Positions 57,801 through 64,000 of a stretch of DNA of 64,000 nucleotides are shown piece after piece. The position numbers and the translations under genes were made by a program. The notes under the pieces were generated by a model, which saw only the letters and a list, made by a program, of their open reading frames with translations, did not search any database and had not been told where the DNA came from. Positions within the stretch are counted from its first letter, which is position 1. Each line of letters begins with the position of its first letter. The stretch lies in the IMG/VR virus record IMGVR_UViG_3300021952_000001, positions 32,001 to 96,000 of that record. One strand, 5' to 3'. Origin of the DNA: a virus (Duplodnaviria; Caudoviricetes).

Positions 57801-59648
57801 ATTCCAATCTATTTAACAAAACAATTAGATAGTGATTACTCTACTGATTTGTTTAAGACTATAGCAATGTATAATGAGTTTGCTATTAAGTTTAAATATC
57901 TTTCTGATATAGAAGCTCAAGGTAGAGCTCTTATTAGACTTGAACAAAATAAGAAAGCTATTGCTACATCTATGTTTGGTAAAACTCAATATAAAGATGG
58001 TGTAATTCAATATACACCAGATAATAATGAGAATGCTAAAATTATTGAAGATATGGTTAAAGCAATTGTTTACCAACAAAAATATATTGAGAGTGAGACA
58101 TTTGATCAAATGTTAGGTAAGTTAGGAAACTTTGGAGGTAAATTAAATAAAGTGTTAGGACGTGATATATTTGCAGAAAACTTAGAAGGAAGACAAGTAA
58201 GTATTAATAAAGTGATTACTCAAATGAATAATACTTTTCAAATAGCTACATTAGGACTTAATGTATTGTCATCTGCTTCTAACTTATTTGGTGGTAAAAC
58301 ACAATCATTAATTAACTCTGGTAAATACTTTACTAAAAAAGATTATGTATCTGCAGAGATGTGGTTGCTTGCAAATAAAATGGGTGGATCAGATAAACAA
58401 AAAATGTTAGCTGCTCTAGATTATTTTATTCCATTTACAGAAAATTACAACAGAGATGCTGCTACTAAACTATCTTTAAATGCATTAGATGATCAAGCTA
58501 TTCAAGATTGGTTAATGGTGTTAATGAGAGAAGGAGAACATTCTGTACAAACAACTAACTTTTTTGCATACATAAATAATTCAATCGTTGAAAATGGTGA
58601 AATAGTTAATGCTAGAGAATTTTTGAAATCTACTCCAGAATATCAAAACTTTTATAAAGGTAGTAAAGAAGAAAGAGAAGCACGTTCTGAAAAATTTGAA
58701 AAAGATGTTAAAGATCTTGTAGAAAAACAAGGAGTATTAAATTTAGGTAGTGTTGTAGATGGAGTGTTTGTTATTCCTGGCATTGAACAAAAATCTGATT
58801 CAGTAGTTGAAACAAGAAGAAAAATTCAACAATTTACTAGTGATGCATTAGGTAACCTTACAGAAGAAAATAAACGTTTAATTAACTTAACTATATACGG
58901 TAACTCTTTTATGGTATTCAAGAACTGGATTCCTAGACTTGTAGATGTACGTATGGGTAACTTAAAATATAATTCAGCATCTGATGCATATGAATGGGGT
59001 AGAAGTAGAATGATGTTTAGAATAATTTCTGAAGACTTATTAGGTAGTATGCGCATGTTGAAAAATTCTGTATTAGGAATTAATTCAGATAAAGATTTAG
59101 ATGCTATAAGAAAGTTATTTGATAAAAAGAAATCTGATTATGAAACAGATACAGGTAAAGAACTTGATATGACTGAAGATGAGTTCATTGACCTTGTTAG
59201 ACAAAATGTAAAAAATCAAATATTAGATACATTAACTTATGCTGCATTATTTGCAGTTGGTTTAGGACTTAAGGCATTAGCACCTGATGATGATGAAGAT
59301 CCTTTTGTTAAAAATCAATATAAATTTTTATTGAAAGCAACAGATAAATTTAAAGATGAGCTTGGATACTTCTATAATCCAACAAGCTTAACTGGATTAG
59401 TATCTACAGGAATATTTCCAGCAATGGGATTAATTGAAAATTATGAAAAAGCAGTTGTTAATTTCATGAAAGAAAACTATGCTATAGCAACAGGTAATCA
59501 AGAAATGGAAGATAAGAATAATGTAATTAAATATTGGATGAGATCATTTCCTATATCGAGTCAAGCTGCAGGATTATTACCAATGTTCTATCCTAATTTA
59601 GCAAAAGACCTTGGATTGAAAATGCAATCACAGTATGGTATGAGGTAA
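54897..59648 (+). CDS. large cargo protein with an inactive zincin-like domain and a PD-(D/E)xK nuclease domain
   Basis: EEAMH (55263-55277); KGTAGH...SE...AGTVDFL...ILDWK...QMDQY RecB/Cas4-like motifs (~55880-56265). Confidence 0.75.
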   Translation: MAHCVNRSSQEFIALAEQSNINPIILAAKVSLWQEKNGLDNFPTVEDISNIKSKGEVFNTESSISSPKTIALINDFLSRIGVDVKSTKDIVVNGIRVDANAVANITQSLVQVVEGKESRALTEEAMHFAVEILEQKNPKLFNQLLKEINNYALLRDVMSEYSTNPLYQTTDGKPDIRKIKKEAIGKVLAETVINQNEGSTENPELLAKVESWWSEILNFLKGLFVTSGFDSAAMKVLSGEAIGTVADIRAEEGTVFLQKTKQEQVFDSIKEMSSKITKPEEDYYIDGRKIGRRVSNLVADWYERRFKSNDLTKSEFQKAVDDLKAEKGTAGHADFEHAFEIFVDENGFLRDEPLDDSGYVSQINPANNDMYELLKNNLKDRLNSFPKENGGTRFMSEATIYDAQRDIAGTVDFLAVTPEGKVSILDWKFMDLNTDKYTDIPWYKVNAWNTQMDQYKYIIGKTYNVKNENFEQTRMIPIKAVYTKANPKTGALPKLLNIKIGDVNVKNIKEDYLLPVGLQSEKTGNKKIDTLLEKLNAIYKKLSEEKVLPSDKLNKAEQLNALFSAIRQLQVKQNIAPLLYQAKVLNKQVQGILDKYKSEFEGKDAKSFTADQISDFAESIETAREALTAYTKLDTELRFLFAGELSDEDKKLKEDLRDTVDNAREYEDLLKDVDEEFTNDIIGGSENVKNLSTPEKIVRGISKMFGNTATLQLKGLEVLFKKANKAFAFAGMDTLAEVKKLTALKESYEKWASSKGLTKKNMFNAIQKQDANELIDEFNPEFYSTLKKKIQDQDFKWIKENVDVDVYKKHIEEKKKEEILRISNKPRIGTDAQNAFDIKRELTKVNDLYSLSTPTGIGWLLYDDIKNFPKRETWESEQWKELIKPENKPAKDFYDYIKERNEYYKEIGYINAKQARTFLPWVRKGLSEKLIFGGKISVGEQFLRHISVDEGDIGYGKVDPLTGKPVDSIPIYLTKQLDSDYSTDLFKTIAMYNEFAIKFKYLSDIEAQGRALIRLEQNKKAIATSMFGKTQYKDGVIQYTPDNNENAKIIEDMVKAIVYQQKYIESETFDQMLGKLGNFGGKLNKVLGRDIFAENLEGRQVSINKVITQMNNTFQIATLGLNVLSSASNLFGGKTQSLINSGKYFTKKDYVSAEMWLLANKMGGSDKQKMLAALDYFIPFTENYNRDAATKLSLNALDDQAIQDWLMVLMREGEHSVQTTNFFAYINNSIVENGEIVNAREFLKSTPEYQNFYKGSKEEREARSEKFEKDVKDLVEKQGVLNLGSVVDGVFVIPGIEQKSDSVVETRRKIQQFTSDALGNLTEENKRLINLTIYGNSFMVFKNWIPRLVDVRMGNLKYNSASDAYEWGRSRMMFRIISEDLLGSMRMLKNSVLGINSDKDLDAIRKLFDKKKSDYETDTGKELDMTEDEFIDLVRQNVKNQILDTLTYAALFAVGLGLKALAPDDDEDPFVKNQYKFLLKATDKFKDELGYFYNPTSLTGLVSTGIFPAMGLIENYEKAVVNFMKENYAIATGNQEMEDKNNVIKYWMRSFPISSQAAGLLPMFYPNLAKDLGLKMQSQYGMR

Positions 59649-59766
59649 AGCTATATTATACCAAGTATTTGATACACACGCTTTTTTTAAAGACATATAA
59701 GAATTAAATTTGTAAACAGACTGCTACTTCATTGTAGCAGATCTTGTTTTAATAATACACAAGATT

Positions 59767-61611
59767 ATGAATCCATTTTGCGAAGCTGCTCCCTGTCCTA
59801 TCATATTAAGCACCACCTGCGTATTTTACGAAGGAGGTAATTTAATATGTACTGGAATTAATACTAATGACACTTTAGAAATGGCTCTGATCAAAATTGA
59901 TCAAGCTATTTGTGGTGTTAGTGGAACATCTGGTACGTCAGGTACTAGTGGTTTAACAGGAACATCTGGAACCTCTGGGACTCATGGTAGTTCTGGTACA
60001 TCTGCTACAAGTGGTAGTTCAGGAACTTCTGGTACAACTGGTACTAGTGGAACCTCTGGTAGTGCTGGAACATCAGGAACATCAGGAGAGAATGGAGATA
60101 GATATAGAACTCCTTCCTATTCAACATTTGACATGTGCGATCCTGCATTAATTGTTGTTAATTCAGAATTAGCATATAGTGTAGGACAAACTATTATTAT
60201 AGCCCATGATCAAAATAATTCATTTGAAGCTACAGTAACATCATATAATCCATCTACAGGAGAATTAGCATTTATAAACCCAGTTAATTGTGTTGGATCA
60301 GGAACTTATTCTTCTTGGACAATCAATCTTGCTGGTGCCTCTGGTGGGGATGGAAGTTCTGGGACTTCTGGAAGCTCAGGGTTAACAGGTTCACATGGAA
60401 CAAGTGGTAGCTCTGGAACTACAGGTACAAGTGGAAGTAGTGGATTAACTGGTTCTTCAGGGACTGCTGGTACTTCTGGTAGTTCTGCTATTAATGGTAC
60501 AAGTGGAACTAGTGGAAATAGTGGGTCTAGTGGTACATCAGGTATTACTGGTACCTCTGGATCAAACGGTTCTTCAGGTTCTTCTGGTAGTAGTGGTACA
60601 CATGGTACATCAGGCACCTCTGGAGCTGATGGTGGTAATGGATCAAGTGGAACATCAGGGTCTCACGGATCTAGTGGTACTTCAGGATTAAATGGTACAT
60701 TTGGTACCTCTGGTAGTAACGGTAGAAATGGAACATCAGGTACTAGTGGAATAAACGGTACATTTGGAACTTCAGGAAGTAATGGATCTAGCGGTACCAA
60801 CGGTACTAGTGGAACTACAGGATCTAGTGGTACAACTGGTTCTCATGGAACTAGTGGCTCATCAGGGACTAATGGTTCTGCTGGAACTTCTGGATCTAAC
60901 GGATCAAATGGAACTAGTGGAAGCAATGGTTCTTCTGGAACACATGGCTCTAATGGTACCTCAGGTACATCAGGTTTTAACGGTACTAATGGTACCAATG
61001 GAACAAGTGGTACACGAGGAAGTAATGGTACTTCAGGAAGCTCTGGAACTAGTGCTACCTCTGGTACAAGTGGAAGTAATGGTTCTGATGGTACTTCGGG
61101 AACAACAGGTACTTCAGGATCTAATGGTTCAAACGGTACATCTGGTACCACAGGAACATCAGGAACTACAGGTACTAGTGGAACATCTGCAACAGATGGT
61201 ACTGGAGGTACAAGCGGAACTAGTGGTACAACTGGAACATCAGGTAGTTCAGGAACAACAGGAACCAGTGGTTCTTCAGGAGCTACATTTTCATATAGAG
61301 GAAACTCTACAAGTTGTATAACTCTTCCTTTATCATTATGTACAACTACTACTACATCCAGTACATCTAGTACAACTACAACTACTAGTACAACAATAGC
61401 ACCATTATCGTGCACTAAGTGGACATTCACTGCACCAACTGAAAATCCTGGAGATTCAGCAACTGTAAATTATATAGATTGTTCAAATATAGAACAATCT
61501 GTAACATTGACTTATGGAGAGTATCCAATAGAAATTTGTGTATATTCAATAGTATCAACATCTTTATGTTGTGGAGCATTCTTAGGTGACACTTATGTTC
61601 CATGTAGCTAA
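59767..61611 (+). CDS. collagen-like (Gly-Thr/Ser-Ser) fibre protein
   Basis: Long G-x-S triplet tracts; CVFYEG N-domain; LAY...SYNPSTGEL...WTINL domain; Thr linker plus Cys domain at the C-terminus. Confidence 0.8.
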   Translation: MNPFCEAAPCPIILSTTCVFYEGGNLICTGINTNDTLEMALIKIDQAICGVSGTSGTSGTSGLTGTSGTSGTHGSSGTSATSGSSGTSGTTGTSGTSGSAGTSGTSGENGDRYRTPSYSTFDMCDPALIVVNSELAYSVGQTIIIAHDQNNSFEATVTSYNPSTGELAFINPVNCVGSGTYSSWTINLAGASGGDGSSGTSGSSGLTGSHGTSGSSGTTGTSGSSGLTGSSGTAGTSGSSAINGTSGTSGNSGSSGTSGITGTSGSNGSSGSSGSSGTHGTSGTSGADGGNGSSGTSGSHGSSGTSGLNGTFGTSGSNGRNGTSGTSGINGTFGTSGSNGSSGTNGTSGTTGSSGTTGSHGTSGSSGTNGSAGTSGSNGSNGTSGSNGSSGTHGSNGTSGTSGFNGTNGTNGTSGTRGSNGTSGSSGTSATSGTSGSNGSDGTSGTTGTSGSNGSNGTSGTTGTSGTTGTSGTSATDGTGGTSGTSGTTGTSGSSGTTGTSGSSGATFSYRGNSTSCITLPLSLCTTTTTSSTSSTTTTTSTTIAPLSCTKWTFTAPTENPGDSATVNYIDCSNIEQSVTLTYGEYPIEICVYSIVSTSLCCGAFLGDTYVPCS

Positions 61612-63475
61612 TAAATAAAACTAAAATAAAAATATAATGAGTTGTCCATCTTCTCCATATTGCGATTTAACAATTACTATCTCTTCAGGACTAGCTTATG
61701 GTCCTGGGGACTTTTTAATGTTATATTGTGACAATTGTAATTACATAAACGGTCAAGTTGTATCATATAATCCTTCTACTGGAGAGTTAGTAATCACTCC
61801 AGATAAATTTGTAGGAAGTGGTGAATGCTGTAATTGGACTGTTAACTTATCAGGAGTTCCTGGAGTTAATGGTACTAGCGGTAGCAGTGGTACAAGAGGT
61901 TCTAATGGTACGTCTGGCACTTCAGGTACTAGTGGTACTGATGGAACAGGAGGTACTTCTGGAACATCTGGTACATCAGCTATTGATGGTACTTCAGGCT
62001 CTAGTGGATCTTCAGGCACAGATGGAACTGGAGGAAGCTCTGGTAGCTCAGGAACTTCGGGAACTAATGGTACTGGGGGAACTAGTGGTACGTCAGGTAC
62101 AAGTGCAATAGATGGAACTAGTGGAACTAGTGGGAGTTCAGGAACCAGTGGGTCTAATGGATCTGATGGTACCTCTGGAACTTCTGGGACTACTGGAACC
62201 AGTGGTACTAGTGGCTCTAGTGGAACAAGCGGTACAACAGGAACAAGTGGAACTGGAGGTACTAGTGGTGTAGATGGAGTGAGTGGTGGTAGAGTTTATT
62301 ATTTTAATAATAGTCAAAACTCTTCTATTTCTCCATATAAAGCATTATCTACTACTCCTACAACAACTGGATTACAAACTGTCACTCTTACAATGGCTGG
62401 TAATCAACATGATGACCTTGTCCAATCATTTATTAGTGATCAATTTGGATTTACAATTATTCCATCAGGTGTACAGAGATTTCACTTACATGCAATGAAA
62501 CCTCAAGCTAATGATGATATACAAGTTTACGTAACATTACAATTAGCTAATTCAACAGGAACTCCTTATGGATCTTTAATAACATCATCTCCTTCTATTA
62601 TTAGTTGGAATGGTATGGGAATTATATCAGAAACTAATCTTGATGTAGTATTTCCTCATACTGCTGTAGCTGCTACAGATAGAATGATTGTTAAGATTTA
62701 TTTTAGTAACTATGAGAGTACATCAAAAGTTGTTTCTTGGTATACAGAAGATAGTGAATATTCATATGTAACAACATCTATTGCTGCTGCAGCTGGAACT
62801 AATGGTACTTCTGGTACTACAGGGACCTCTGGTTCGTCAGGTACAACAGGTACATCTGGAAGTTCTGGATTTACAGGATCTGATGGGACATCAGGAAGTA
62901 GTGGTGTTAATGGAACCAGTGGAACAACTGGTACTAGTGGGTCATCTGGCTCTTCTGGTATTGATGGGACTAGTGGAACGTCAGGAATAAATGGTACAAG
63001 TGGCACAAGTGGAATTAATGGAACTAGTGGATCTTCTGGTCTAAATGGATCTTCAGGAAGTTCAGGAATAAATGGTACGTCAGGAACATCTGGTGTGAAT
63101 GGTACAAGTGGTACAGCAGGTACGTCAGGAGTAAATGGAACTAGTGGTGTAAACGGTACTTCAGGATCTTCAGGGTCAAGTGGAATAAATGGTACCAGTG
63201 GTATTAATGGAACGTCTGGTTCTTCTGGTGTTAATGGTACATCAGGAATCAATGGTACTTCTGGAGTGAACGGAACAAGTGGAGTTAATGGATCAAATGG
63301 AACCAGTGGCTTTAATGGTACAAGTGGTGTAAGTGGAACTTCAGGAGTTTCTGGTACATCAGGTGTATCAGGCACAAGTGGTGTGAATGGAACATCTGGT
63401 AGTTCAGGAGTTAATGGAACCTCAGGAGTTAATGGAACAAGTGGATCTAGTGGTGTTTCTGGTACTAGTGGTACA
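59920..63475 (+). repeat. 9-bp-period GGN-ACN/TCN-TCN/AGT coding repeats
   Basis: Four tracts (~59920-60090, 60340-61280, 61860-62285, 62790-63475) encoding G-T/S-S triplets. Confidence 0.85.
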
Positions 63476-64000
63476 ACACCTACAACAGCAGTTTATGCAA
63501 CAAATTCATCAAAACTATATTCAACAGATGCAGCTTATGCATATGGTAGTGCTAATCCATATTATGGATATTTAACTTATAATTCATCTGCTAACAGATG
63601 GAGATTTAAAGCAAGTCCAGCTACTCCAGATTCAGTTGAAGTTGCTTATTCAGATACTTCAGGTGATGCTGCAAGTTTAGGTGGAATTGCAGCAGATAGA
63701 CAAGTTTTTGGAGATAATGCTAATGGTAGATCTAAAGGAATGAGTAGTGGTAATGCCAACACATCTGATAGTTCTAACTCTTCTGGATTTTATTTTGGAA
63801 CAAGTGTTACTGGAATGCCTAGTACTGATTGGTGGAATTGGCTTACTGTAGCTGGAGGTTCTTGGTCAGGTTCAGATGGATATAGATGGCAGATGACTGG
63901 ATCTTTTTGGAGTGATGACTGGAGACTTAGAAGAATGACTTCTGGTTCATGGAACAGTTGGGTATCTATATTGCATTCTGGAAATTATTCTAGCTATTCT
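61637..64000 (+). CDS. collagen-like tail fibre / receptor-binding protein, truncated by the window edge
   Basis: Manual translation from ATG 61637 (MSCPSSPYCDL...), open to the end; GTS triplet tracts alternate with globular domains; terminal SGFY...WWNW...WNSWVSILHSGN resembles tail-fibre knob domains. Confidence 0.8.
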   Translation, partial: MSCPSSPYCDLTITISSGLAYGPGDFLMLYCDNCNYINGQVVSYNPSTGELVITPDKFVGSGECCNWTVNLSGVPGVNGTSGSSGTRGSNGTSGTSGTSGTDGTGGTSGTSGTSAIDGTSGSSGSSGTDGTGGSSGSSGTSGTNGTGGTSGTSGTSAIDGTSGTSGSSGTSGSNGSDGTSGTSGTTGTSGTSGSSGTSGTTGTSGTGGTSGVDGVSGGRVYYFNNSQNSSISPYKALSTTPTTTGLQTVTLTMAGNQHDDLVQSFISDQFGFTIIPSGVQRFHLHAMKPQANDDIQVYVTLQLANSTGTPYGSLITSSPSIISWNGMGIISETNLDVVFPHTAVAATDRMIVKIYFSNYESTSKVVSWYTEDSEYSYVTTSIAAAAGTNGTSGTTGTSGSSGTTGTSGSSGFTGSDGTSGSSGVNGTSGTTGTSGSSGSSGIDGTSGTSGINGTSGTSGINGTSGSSGLNGSSGSSGINGTSGTSGVNGTSGTAGTSGVNGTSGVNGTSGSSGSSGINGTSGINGTSGSSGVNGTSGINGTSGVNGTSGVNGSNGTSGFNGTSGVSGTSGVSGTSGVSGTSGVNGTSGSSGVNGTSGVNGTSGSSGVSGTSGTTPTTAVYATNSSKLYSTDAAYAYGSANPYYGYLTYNSSANRWRFKASPATPDSVEVAYSDTSGDAASLGGIAADRQVFGDNANGRSKGMSSGNANTSDSSNSSGFYFGTSVTGMPSTDWWNWLTVAGGSWSGSDGYRWQMTGSFWSDDWRLRRMTSGSWNSWVSILHSGNYSSYS

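Noticed and set aside
60306-63575. Pro/Val-rich antisense and alternate-frame ORFs (e.g. 60843-61430, 62710-63375)
   Set aside because: Shadow frames of the GTS triplet repeats.
11234-64000. Stop-codon reassignment (TAG/TGA), known in some crAss-like phages
   Set aside because: Very long ORFs (up to 3901 aa) are open in the standard code, genes tile tightly, and no suppressor tRNA was seen.
59767-64000. Diversity-generating retroelement acting on the fibres
   Set aside because: No reverse transcriptase or adenine-specific TR/VR pair is visible in this window.

Overview
This is a 64-kb segment of an AT-rich, standard-code crAss-like (Crassvirales-type) podophage with a Bacteroidota host, inferred from TTTG-N19/21-TAnnTTTG promoters and the absence of Shine-Dalgarno sites. 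The left arm (1-10829, minus strand) is an early/accessory region: many small and membrane ORFs, a metallophosphoesterase and a MoxR/RavA-type AAA+ ATPase/VWA pair. It also holds a ~1.3-kb non-coding RNA cluster: a tmRNA with a 35-aa tag, a 186-nt 'expanded' tRNA-Leu-like element and a ~500-nt highly structured, possibly GOLLD-like RNA. After a divergent intergenic region, the plus strand carries the crAss-type virion module: IHF-like proteins, terminase, portal, scaffold, major capsid, an initiator-like tRNA-Met, ring/tail proteins, a split muzzle protein, large injected cargo proteins including a 3901-aa virion RNA polymerase (DFDID motif), and Gly-Thr-Ser collagen-like fibre proteins. The best leads are (i) the promoter-to-terminator ncRNA operon, (ii) cargo proteins punctuated by [AYFM]-[QKE]-x-G(G) motifs that flank cassette-like domains, (iii) a poly-Thr/Cys-domain module appended to, and splitting, structural genes, and (iv) several repeated regulatory motifs. 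All calls come from reading motifs by eye; no searches were run.
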